Positions 1 through 9,178 of a stretch of DNA of 64,000 nt are shown piece by piece (the stretch's first letter is position 1; each line of letters starts with the position of its first letter). Below the pieces are notes generated by a model, which worked only from the letters and a program-made list of their open reading frames with translations, did no database searches and was not told where the DNA came from. A program made the translations under genes and the position numbers. Source of the stretch: Prasinococcaceae sp. CCMP 1430 (Eukaryota; Plantae; Prasinodermophyta); contig RQSC01000028.1 of assembly GCA_013416795.1 (NCBI GenBank), forward strand, positions 462,483-526,482. The letters run 5' to 3'.

Positions 1-887
1 GCCACGAGTTCCCACAGCACCATGCCCAACGCGTACACGTCGCTCGCGGGAGAGGCCGCCACGCCCTGACTGAACATTTCGGGCTGCGCAAGTGCCCGCG
101 TGCGTACGCGAGGTGTCAGCGCCCGCTTCCCGCACTCCTGGCAGCTCGCCGCCTCGAATCGGGGCCCATCGCGCTCGCGCGCCCACGCGCGCGAGCGAGG
201 CGCGCGCGCCCGCACCGCCATGTACGCTGGTGTGCCCGCACCACGCTTCTTGCCAGACGCGAGGCCGAAATCGGCCAGTTTGCAGCGCCACGCGCGGTCG
301 ACGAGCACGTTTGCGGGTTTCAGGTCTTGATGCACCACAGCGGGTTGCCTGTTGTGCAGGTACGCCAGCGCGCGGCAGATGTCCGAGCCGACTTCCTGCG
401 CGGCAGCGCGGCGCCGCGGCAGCAGCACGCCGTGGGAGCGTCGTGTGTGTGTCGTGGTAAGTGCTCTTGGTATTGCACGGGGCACGACCCCACGCGCACG
501 CTCAGTCACAGATGGGAGGCATGCGTGCGAGCTCACGCTCACCTTGATGCGCTTACGATCAACGTCGATCTGCGACGCGTGCAAGACCTCGTGCAGCGAC
601 TTGGGCAAGTACTCGAAGACGAGGCGCAGCTCTGACGGCGGCTCGGTGACAGCGCCGAGCAGCTGCACCACGTGCGGGTGGCGTAGGTCGCGCAGAGCGA
701 GTAACTCATCGTCGAACTCCGCGCGCGCGGCCGCGGCGTCGTCGGCACCCGCGCCGAAGAATCGCTTCACCGCCACGGGTGTCGACAGCCACATGGCCCG
801 GTGCACCGTGGAGTAAGCGCCACCGCCGACGCGCTCGCGCTCATCGAGCTCGGTCGCGTCGATCGCGAGGCGCGCGAGGGACGACAT
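1..887 (-). CDS. TKL/Raf-like Ser/Thr protein kinase, 3' partial (runs off the window start); introns 84-215 and 396-542
   Basis: Spliced translation: MSSLARLAIDATELDERERVGGGAYSTVHRAMWLSTPVAVK...LRHPHVVQLLG...EVGSDICRALAYLHNRQPAVVHQDLKPANVL...KLADFGL...GTPAYMA|PEMFSQG...SDVYALGMVLWELV. Both introns are GT-AG. An upstream exon cannot be excluded. Confidence 0.88.
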   Translation of the reverse strand, partial: MSSLARLAIDATELDERERVGGGAYSTVHRAMWLSTPVAVKRFFGAGADDAAAARAEFDDELLALRDLRHPHVVQLLGAVTEPPSELRLVFEYLPKSLHEVLHASQIDVDRKRIKVSVSSHACLPSVTERARGVVPRAIPRALTTTHTRRSHGVLLPRRRAAAQEVGSDICRALAYLHNRQPAVVHQDLKPANVLVDRAWRCKLADFGLASGKKRGAGTPAYMAVRARAPRSRAWARERDGPRFEAASCQECGKRALTPRVRTRALAQPEMFSQGVAASPASDVYALGMVLWELV

Positions 888-1527
888 GCCCGCGCGCCCG
901 CCCGCCCCGGATCTGCGGGCCGGCAGCCGGCCACGCACATGCGCCGCAGCGCGCACGCGCTGTGGCCCACCGCATCCCGCCTGCGCCCCCCCCTCCCGCC
1001 CCCTTCCAATCCCCGCGCCCCGCCCCTGCCGCACCGCCGCCCCTCCCTCCGCCCGCGGGGAGGCCGCCGTGCTTGCTGCGTGCGCCCCACATCGGGATCG
1101 AGGCGCGCCACCGCATTCATGGTTTTTCGAATTCGCGTGGTATCGTCGCCGGCGGCGCCAGCCTCGCTCGCGCGCGCGCGCGGCGCGCGCGCGCGCGCGC
1201 GGGGGAACCAGAACCGGAACCATTTCTTCTCCGCGCTTCTGTCTCGGCGATGCGGGTGCGGATTGAAAGACGCGGAAGCCGGGCATTTCGACGCGCGGGT
1301 GCGTGTCGCCCTTCGAGTTTTCGCGCGCGCGCGCGCGCGCGCGCCACACCGCGCGCGTGGTCGGGCGCGCGCGCGGAGACAGGGGGCAGCAGAGGCTCGC
1401 CTGGCCGGGGTCCCCGCGGCTTCGCCCGAGCGAGCAGAGGCAGGAAGAGGGGGCGCGGGCGAGCTCCGCCCCGCCTCCCCGAGCTCGCGCGACCGATGCC
1501 CGCGCGCGCGCGCGTGCCTGGGCCGGC

Positions 1528-4500
1528 ATGGCGCGCGGGGCGGGCGACGTGCCGCTCGTGCTGCGCGTGCGCGTGCGCGAGGGGCGCGGCTTCCCGGAGG
1601 CTCCGGGCGCACAGCTGATCGACCTCGCCTCCGGCTCGCCCGAGGGCGCGCTCGACGGCGCCGAGGCGTACTACGTCAGCTGCGAATTCAACGGCGAGCT
1701 CTGCGAGACGGCGGCGGTCGCGCGGCCACGGTGGGGCGGCGAGCGCGGCGAACTTGAGTGGCGGCTCAGCAAGGGCGAGCTCCGCCGCTGCCTGGCAGGG
1801 GGCGGGCAGGCCAAGCTCGTGTGCTGGCTCAGGCGCGGGCCGGCTTCCTGGGAACAGCTGGGATGGCTTGTGCTCGACATGAAGAGCGCACGCGCCAACG
1901 CCGACCGGATGGCAACCGGCGAGGACGGTGCTGACTTCGGGCGGTGGTACCCGCTCACGGGCAGCGGCCGCCAGGGCGCCGCCCTCGCGCAGCTGCGTGT
2001 GTTTCACTCGCTCGAGGAGGACTCCCTCGCCATGTGTGAGCAGGAGGACACCCAGCCGCTCGGCGGGAAGGAGGACGCCCCCGAAGCCGCACGAGGTGGC
2101 GCTTCCGACGGCTTCGAGATCGAGGAGGTGGCCGCGACCGAAGTTGACAACCTGGCAGACGCGTGGTGCAACGCCTCGGTGGAGGAGTACGGCGACGAAC
2201 CCGCCATGGCCGGAGATGACGCGGCCGCCGCTGCCGACGTCGTTACCGAACGCGCGCACGAGGCTGCGCGTAGCAGCGACAGCGCGGCCGCGCACGCGCC
2301 CGAGAGGGTGGCCGAGGCCGAGGCAAGGGCTGAGATGACGGACGAAGCCGGTACGGGCGCTGAGGACGACGCAGACGCCGAAGCGGCGATCGTCGAGGCT
2401 GCCGAGACAGGCGCCATAATGGCCGCTGCAGCGACTGGGCCGCGCCTAGAGCCCGGCCCCGCCGCTTCGCCGCCGCCGCGCGCCAGCAGGCTGCCCGCAC
2501 CCGGATTTCTCGCGGCGTCGGTAGACGTCGCAATCGCCGAGGTGTCCTCGACCGTCGCTGAATTAGCATCCGAGGTCGCCGACGACGGCGTCGCTGAGGG
2601 GGCAGATGACAGCTTCCACGTTGAGTCCACGCCAAGGCTGAACATGCCACCCGAAGCGTTCCTCTCGATTCTCGACTCGGTGATGGGCGCGCCGTCGCCG
2701 GCGCTCGTTGCATCGCCCGCCGCCTCGCCGCCGGTAAGCGCCGAGGCCGCGGGCGACGAGGTCAAGGCCGATCCCGCCGAGGTTGAGGCGCAACCTCCGG
2801 CGCCGCCGCCCGCGGCTGTGGCTCTCGAGGTGGACGGCAGCGCCGACAGCGCCGTGCTGACAGGAGCGCTTCGCGAATCAGCAGCGGCCGCACTGAGCGC
2901 CCACGCAACTGTGACGTTGGGTGTGGTCGACAGCGCAGGCGAAGGTGGCGAGGGCCTCGCCGAGAGCGAAGGTCTCGTTGCGCCCGTCGTGGATGCTCCC
3001 GAGCCCGCGGCCGAGGCTGTTCCCGAGGTTGAGGCCGCGCCGGTGGCGGGCACGAGCCTACCGCCCGCGCCTGGTCCGCCGATCTCGCTGCTGCCGCCCG
3101 CGAGCGAGATGGCGTCGGCGGCGCTGGTGCCGGAGGCACCCGACGCTATCGGCCAAGGCACCGCCGCGAAGACCGCCACGCCCGGGGACGACTCCGAGCT
3201 GGCCTTCACTTTTTCGGTGGCAGTGCCAACATTCCGCGCGTCCAAGAAGCTGCCAATGGCTTCCGCCAAGGTGTACACTCGCATCATTTTGCCGGCCGGC
3301 GTCGTGGGCAAGGGCAGGGCGCCCGTGCGCAGCGCGCCGCCGGCGGACTGCTCGCGCGGCGCACAGGTAGCGCTCCCAAACTCGGCCGCCTCGGTGGTCT
3401 TCGATTCGTCGGTGGTGCACGTGGCTCGCTCGATCGTGCGCGAGCAGTCGATGAAGGTCGAGGTGTGGCACAGGGACTCGCTACGCGCGGATTCAATGCT
3501 CGGCGTTGCGTCGGTGAATTTACAGCCGCTGCTCACAGCAGCGAGCGCCGAGGGCTCGGCGGCGGTGCTCGCCAAGGACAAAGGGAGGGCTGTCGAGGTG
3601 GGCAAGCTGCACGTTGTGCTCGCCCTAGACGCTGCGCCCAAGGCGAGCCCCAGCACAGCCGCGACCAAGAGGACCAAGACGTCCAAGGCCGCAAGCGTCG
3701 CAGTGACGCCCGGCGCTGCGGCGAATCCCGCACTGTCAACGGCGGCACCCGCGCAGGCGGTCGCAGCCGCGCTGCCGACCGCCGCCGCGATGGCCGCCGC
3801 CGACGCAGTGGCTGCGTCGGCGCACACGTTCGGCGTTGCACCTGGTGCGGCTGCGCCTCCGCCGCCTGCACCACCCGCAGGCATCGCCTCGGCGGATTTC
3901 GGCGCGGCATGGGAGCTGGAGATGTGGAAGGACGCGGAAAAGGCGCGCTTCACCGCAGCCATGCGCGAGCGCGAGCTTGCGCGCATGGACGCGCTGGAGA
4001 AGGCCTGGCGTGAAGGAGCTGAGGCGGGCGAGGTCGACATCGCGGAGCGGCGGGCGGCAGCGGCTGAAGTCGAGCGGCAGGCGCGCAAGACGCTCGAGCG
4101 GGCGCGGGCGCACGAGCGCGAGGCGGCCGCCCTCGCAGAGACCGCGCAGCTACGCCACGATGCAGCCGAGCGCGAGATGCACGCACGCATCGCCGAAACC
4201 ACGGCGGCCGCAAAGCGCGCCAAGGCCGAGGCCGCGAGCGCCGTGGACATCGAGCGGAGCCGTGCAAAAGAGGCCGTGCGCCTGCGCACAGCCGCGGAGG
4301 CGCAGCTCGAGGCGGAGCGCAAGCGCCTGGTTGCGCTCGAGAGCGAGTTCGACGAATACCGTGCCAAGCAGCGCGCGACGCCCGAGGTGGCACTTCGCGC
4401 GGAGGTGGCCAGCCTCAAGGAGCGCCTGGCTGAGACTGAACGACGGCTCGATACCACCGTCAAGGCGAAACGCAGGTACAAGGCGCACCTACGCACGGTG

Positions 4501-5490
4501 GTGCTCGAGCTAGGTCGCACGCAGCAGAAGGTGGTGGCCCAGGAGAAGGTCAAGTTGCGTGACCTTTCCGCGCGCGCGGACGTCGAACGCATCGCAGGCT
4601 ACGCGGGCCGCCACGCAGATGGCCTCGAGGCCGAGCGCGTGGAGCTCTCTGACATGCGCGAGCGCTTGCAGTCGCTGCGCAACGCCATCGAGGGCACGCT
4701 CGCCGACGATTCGGACAGCCGCGCTGCGGCGGCAGCCGCGATGGTGGCGGCCAAGCGCGGTGACACGCAGATGCCCACGGCTGCGGACGCGATCGAGGCC
4801 ATGTTCATGCCGGAGCCCTCGCCCACGCCGGCTACCGCCTCTCCGCCGCCGTCTGCGCCGCCATCGGCCGTACCTCCGCCGTCTGCGCCACCGTGCGCCT
4901 CGGCTGGGGCAGATGAAGAATGTGCGGATGCGCAGCTGCGCGAGTCAGCAACGGACGCCGAAGGCGTCGCAGGAGCGCTCGACGGTAGGTTTGAACAGGC
5001 CGAAGTCGAGGCGACCTCGGTGGATATCGAGGCCGCGTCCCATGACGAGGCCGAAATGGCAGAGAGCGCTGGCGGCGGGCAACCCGCGCCAGCGTCACCC
5101 AGGAGCCCTGTTCAAGCGGCGGCCGCCGGGTCGCCCTCGTCGTCGGTGCCGCCTACGCCACCGCGCAGCGCTCGCAGCAGCGTGGACGCCGGCGCGAGCG
5201 CAACCACCTCGAGCGCCGCCGGCGCTGCCGCACCAGCGCTGGCTCCGCTCCGGGGGAAGGCCGCCGCGCGCGAGGCCATTCGGCTCATGCGCGAGCGCTC
5301 CGCCTTGCTGGCAACCGGCGCGTACGCCGCCGATGACCCGCTCATCGTGGAGCTCGAGGGCAAAATTGCCGATCTGTCGGGCAGCGCCGAGGCGGCGTCA
5401 CCGCCTGAGGGCAAAAGGCAGGGCGCCGCCAGAGGAAGGTCGGCTGCGCAGAGAAAGGAGCGCGGGCCGCAGCTGGTAGCAGGGGCATAA
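1528..5490 (+). CDS. CEP120: Centrosomal protein CEP120-like (C2 domains plus coiled coil)
   Basis: Two C2-like segments (VLRVRVREGRGF...; KVEVWHRDSLRADSMLGVASVNL). Matches CEP120 hallmarks as recalled: AWELEMWK...ELARMDALEKAW, EFDEYRAKQRATPEVALRAE...TTVKAKRRYK, and C-terminal RLMRERSALLATGAYAADDPLIVELEGKI. First plausible ATG at 1528. Confidence 0.85.
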   Translation: MARGAGDVPLVLRVRVREGRGFPEAPGAQLIDLASGSPEGALDGAEAYYVSCEFNGELCETAAVARPRWGGERGELEWRLSKGELRRCLAGGGQAKLVCWLRRGPASWEQLGWLVLDMKSARANADRMATGEDGADFGRWYPLTGSGRQGAALAQLRVFHSLEEDSLAMCEQEDTQPLGGKEDAPEAARGGASDGFEIEEVAATEVDNLADAWCNASVEEYGDEPAMAGDDAAAAADVVTERAHEAARSSDSAAAHAPERVAEAEARAEMTDEAGTGAEDDADAEAAIVEAAETGAIMAAAATGPRLEPGPAASPPPRASRLPAPGFLAASVDVAIAEVSSTVAELASEVADDGVAEGADDSFHVESTPRLNMPPEAFLSILDSVMGAPSPALVASPAASPPVSAEAAGDEVKADPAEVEAQPPAPPPAAVALEVDGSADSAVLTGALRESAAAALSAHATVTLGVVDSAGEGGEGLAESEGLVAPVVDAPEPAAEAVPEVEAAPVAGTSLPPAPGPPISLLPPASEMASAALVPEAPDAIGQGTAAKTATPGDDSELAFTFSVAVPTFRASKKLPMASAKVYTRIILPAGVVGKGRAPVRSAPPADCSRGAQVALPNSAASVVFDSSVVHVARSIVREQSMKVEVWHRDSLRADSMLGVASVNLQPLLTAASAEGSAAVLAKDKGRAVEVGKLHVVLALDAAPKASPSTAATKRTKTSKAASVAVTPGAAANPALSTAAPAQAVAAALPTAAAMAAADAVAASAHTFGVAPGAAAPPPPAPPAGIASADFGAAWELEMWKDAEKARFTAAMRERELARMDALEKAWREGAEAGEVDIAERRAAAAEVERQARKTLERARAHEREAAALAETAQLRHDAAEREMHARIAETTAAAKRAKAEAASAVDIERSRAKEAVRLRTAAEAQLEAERKRLVALESEFDEYRAKQRATPEVALRAEVASLKERLAETERRLDTTVKAKRRYKAHLRTVVLELGRTQQKVVAQEKVKLRDLSARADVERIAGYAGRHADGLEAERVELSDMRERLQSLRNAIEGTLADDSDSRAAAAAAMVAAKRGDTQMPTAADAIEAMFMPEPSPTPATASPPPSAPPSAVPPPSAPPCASAGADEECADAQLRESATDAEGVAGALDGRFEQAEVEATSVDIEAASHDEAEMAESAGGGQPAPASPRSPVQAAAAGSPSSSVPPTPPRSARSSVDAGASATTSSAAGAAAPALAPLRGKAAAREAIRLMRERSALLATGAYAADDPLIVELEGKIADLSGSAEAASPPEGKRQGAARGRSAAQRKERGPQLVAGA

Positions 5491-5816
5491 TGCACGCGCT
5501 CTATCATTGACTACTCATACCCCAACAGGCCACACGGCACGCGCGCTTCTCCCTGTGGCGGATCGTACAGAACACGATCGTGTTACGCGCTCACGCGACG
5601 CGACGCGGCGACGCGTCGCGAGAGGCATGGATCCCACCCAGATCCCACCCAGCCGTGCGCGGCCGCGCGCGGGTGCGGCAGTGCTCGTGAAATGCCGCCG
5701 CGCGCGGCAGATACAGCTGTAGCTGCTAGCTGCGTGGTCCCCCCCCCCCGCCCCCCCCCGCCCAGTGGCAGACAATCGCACGAAACAGGAGGGCTGCCCA
5801 GTGCCGCGTCCCCACC

Positions 5817-6833
5817 TTAGTAGAGGCTGCCGATGCTGGTGAAGATGTTGTTGTGCGTGGGGTCGGCAAGGTGCTTGGTAACGTTGGCGTACGCACCCTC
5901 GCCAGTCACGGTAGCCTGGAAGACGCAGCCCAGCCACGCCACCATCGCGAGGCGCGCGTGCTTGATCTCCTTGAGCTTCAGGTCGGCCTCGTCGTACCTT
6001 CACGGGCGGTGCGCGCGCGCGCGGCGCGTGTCAGCGGGCGGCGGCGCAGCATCGATTCCGCGGCATGGCAGCACGACAGGCCAACCAGGCCTGCGCAGGA
6101 CTAAGACGCACGCGCACGCACTTGTCGACCATGCCGAAGGGGTCGAAGCGGCCGCCCGGGTAGAGCTTGGGCGCGCCCTCGAGCTCCGGGAAGGGGTTGG
6201 GGATCTTCTCGGCCTCGCCGAAAGGCTGCAGCCCCGTGCGGAAGATCTCGGCGAAGCCCATCAGCAGGATCTCGTGGAAGAGGAGGTAGCCGAAGTAGTA
6301 GTACGAGCCGGTCTCCTCGGGCGCGTTCTGGCCGGCGATCGCGAGCGGGAACGCATCGATGAGCGCCGAGCAGTCATCGGGCGTGCACAGGGAGCCCGCC
6401 TCGTACCTACAGGCCGCGGCCAAGCGCGCGCGCGGGCGCGCGCAAACACCGGCGCGGGAGGGAGCACGCACGCGTGAGCCTCTGGAGCCAGCGCGAACGG
6501 TCCGGATGCGCGCATGGCGAGCGCGCGCGGCGACGCTGCGCGGGGGCAGCGCTCGGGCGCCAACGCATCCGCGCCGCTCGGCACTCACCAGGGAATGCCG
6601 GTGAACTGCTCCTGCGTGAACACGCCGGCGACAGCGAGCATGGCGAAGCGGCCGTGGATGAGCTCGCGCTCGGCGTTCTTGCCGGTGGTGTCGTAGTCAG
6701 GCACGATGGGCGACTTGCCCGGACCGCCCGGGTACGTGCCGAACTCGGGGTACTCGCTCTTGAACACCCCGTACGCGGCGCACGTGCGCGCGCGGCGCGC
6801 GGCCGGCGCGGCAGCGCGCGCGCTGAGCGAGGA
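5817..6833 (-). CDS. LHCP: Prasinophyte-type light-harvesting chlorophyll a/b protein (Lhcp); exons 6589-6833, 6122-6406, 5817-5997; first exon not located
   Basis: ERELIHGRFAMLAVAG, TGIPW|YEAGSLCTPDDC, PGGRFDPFG, LKLKEIKHARLAMVAWLGCVFQA, HLADPTHNN. The 'GIPW..G.LCTPDDC' segment is typical of Lhcp. GT-AG introns at 5998-6121 and 6407-6588; acceptor TAG at 6834-6836 precedes an Ala/Arg-rich transit-like stretch. Confidence 0.9.
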
Positions 6834-7970
6834 CTACGGCGCGGCCGAGCAGGCGCACACGGGCGCGGGCGAGGCGAGGCGCGGCAGCGCGCGCCGCGGG
6901 GCCGCGGCGATCGCCCGGTGAGGACGCCAGGCGCAGTCGTGTCAGCGCGCAGTCTCGAAGCGCCTCGAGTGCCTCCCGATGCACTCCCTCACCCTCCAGC
7001 CCTCCTATCTGCCAGCGTGCCCGGCTGGCGAGCGGCGCCCCCACCCCATCCCCCGAGCGCCGGGCGTGGGGCGCCCGCGCGGCGCACGCATCGTACGCGC
7101 AGGCGTCGCCGCGGCCTGGCGCGCCGGCGCCGCGCAGGCGCGCGCTTTCGGCCGCGCGATCCGGGTGCGTTTCGATGGCGCGCCGTTCCCCGGACACGGC
7201 GCGTCGCTTTCGACACCGCATGCTCCGCCGACGTCGAGCTCAGGCGGAGGGTGCTCGCGTGCCTCTCGTGCGACATTTGATCACCGTCGTTTGCGGCCTC
7301 CGCTCCATCGATCGCACAGGCGCGCGACGCGTAGGCAGGCGGGCTGCCTGCGCCGCCCTCCTGCTGCAGGGCGACCGACACCCCCGCCTGCGACTCCGGC
7401 CGGGACGCCGGCCGCGGGGGCTCTGCTGCCGGCGGCGGTGCGGCGAGCACCGCCCGCGATCCCGGCGGCCGGGCCGGCGGCGCTGCTCCGGACTCGCCTC
7501 TGCGCGCGTGTGAAAATCCCGCAAGAATCCCGGGGCGCGGGCTGCGCATATCTGTGGCTGGCCGCGCAGCAGCAAGCGCGCCTCGGTTGGAGCAGGCTGC
7601 GCGCGTGCATCTTTTCCCGCCCTCGCGCAGCAGCGGCGGCGGCCGCAGCGCAGGGGCCCGGCCGGCCTGGCTGGCCGGGGCAAGGGCCCCAGCCAGCCCG
7701 CCAGCCGGAGCGGCGCGCCCCGCTACGCGCAGCTCGATCGAGCTCCCAAACTCCCCTGCTGCAGCAGAGAGACGGCGGGGAGGAGGCGCAGGCAGCTCGT
7801 CGTTTGTTGTGGGGAGGGCGCTCCGTCTGTTGCGCTGTGAGTTTTGGACGCCGCCGCACCGCGTGTCCGTTGATGAACGCAGGCTGTGAGGACCGGCGGA
7901 TGGCCCCTGCTGTGCTGCGCTGCCGTTACGCAGCGCCGCCGCTGCGCTGCGCCCGCTCACCGCCGCTGCG

Positions 7971-9113
7971 ATGGCCGCTGCTCGCATGGCGCTCCAGCGC
8001 CCGCGCGTGGCGAACGCCGCGCGCATGGCTGGCGCGGCCCCGCGATCCTGTGTGCGCGCGGCGCCGCGCGCATCGGCGCTCGTCGACACCGCAGGTGAGG
8101 GTGCGCGAAGGCGTGTGAGAGCCCGCAGCACGCGCGCTCATGGTGCGCGGGTGCGCCTCCGCCTGCCAGATGGGCGCGTGCGCTGACGCGTTCTCTCTCT
8201 CGCACGCGCTCAGTGCGCTGGGCGGCCGCGGCGCCGACGATGTACGCGCTCGTGTCGGTCAACGAGTACGTGACGCACCGCTACTATCAACACGGCGAGT
8301 TCAACAGCAGCGCCACCCTGAAAACCCTTTACTGCAAGCTCACCGGCGCGGAGGAGGCGCCGACGGTCAGGGTGCGTGTCCGCGGGGTGCGCGCGTGCGA
8401 GGATGCGCGCAGAGCGCGAAAACCACCCCACGAGCACTGCGTGCGGCGCGGCATCATGACCTGCACTCGCGCGGGCACGTCGTTCGCTAACTCAGCGCTT
8501 GCGCGCGCGCGCGTAGGGCGGCGGGCACATCGAGCACCATGCCGAGACGCTCGACGACATGTCGCTGCGCGCGTCGCCGAAGTGGCGTCAGACCCCCACG
8601 GCCGTTGCGCTGGACGAGGACCCCTACCGCGGCACGGCCTTCAACTGGGAAACCACGCGCCTCATGCTCGGGCAGCAGGCCATCACCAGCTATCCCGTGC
8701 TGCTCGCGATGGGCTTCAGCCTGGCCTCCTCGACCACGCTGGTGGTGGGGGCGGTGCTCGCGCACGCGCTCGTGTGGAACTGTCTGCACCCGCCCATGCA
8801 CGGCCTTGCGGACGTGCCTATCACTGACGGCGTGCCGGGCGACGTACTCAAGGACCTGCGCAGCAGCGCCTACTTCAAGTGGATCTACGCCAACCACGAG
8901 GGCCACCACATTGCGGGTCGCTGCAACTACAACGTGTGCTGCCCTGGCATGGACCACGTGATGGGCACCTACGTGCCGCCTGAGGTTTGGCGCCCGATGG
9001 CGCGCATGCCCGAGCGCGAGACGCCGCGCCCGCAGTACGTCGCCAACGAGTACGCGGAGCTGTGCGCGGCGGAGGACGCCGCCGCCGCGGAGCTTGCCAG
9101 CGTGACCGCCTAA
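7971..9113 (+). CDS. Plastid-targeted membrane di-iron enzyme of the fatty acid hydroxylase/desaturase superfamily; introns 8095-8213 and 8372-8516
   Basis: Transit-like N-terminus MAAARMALQRPRVANAAR. His boxes EYVTHRYYQH, GHIEHH, LHPPMH and NHEGHH followed by NYNV. Both introns are GT-AG with CTGAC/CTAAC branch points, and the frames join cleanly. Confidence 0.8.
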
Positions 9114-9178
9114 AGCAGCAACGACGCGCAGCAGAACGAGTGTAATATTCCCGGAGTCATGTTTCCAGCCAGCGCGTA

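Noticed and set aside
2004-4592. 862-aa minus-strand ORF and many other long Arg/Ala/Pro-rich ORFs
   Set aside because: Antisense or alternate-frame shadows of real genes; stops are rare at about 70% GC; no recognisable motifs.
5739-5763. Poly-C tract between CEP120 and Lhcp, and other homopolymers
   Set aside because: Simple low-complexity runs with uncertain base counts.
7200-7960. Possible extra small gene between Lhcp and the hydroxylase
   Set aside because: Open frames exist on both strands but give no domain, start or consistent splice evidence; more likely UTR, first exon or promoter.
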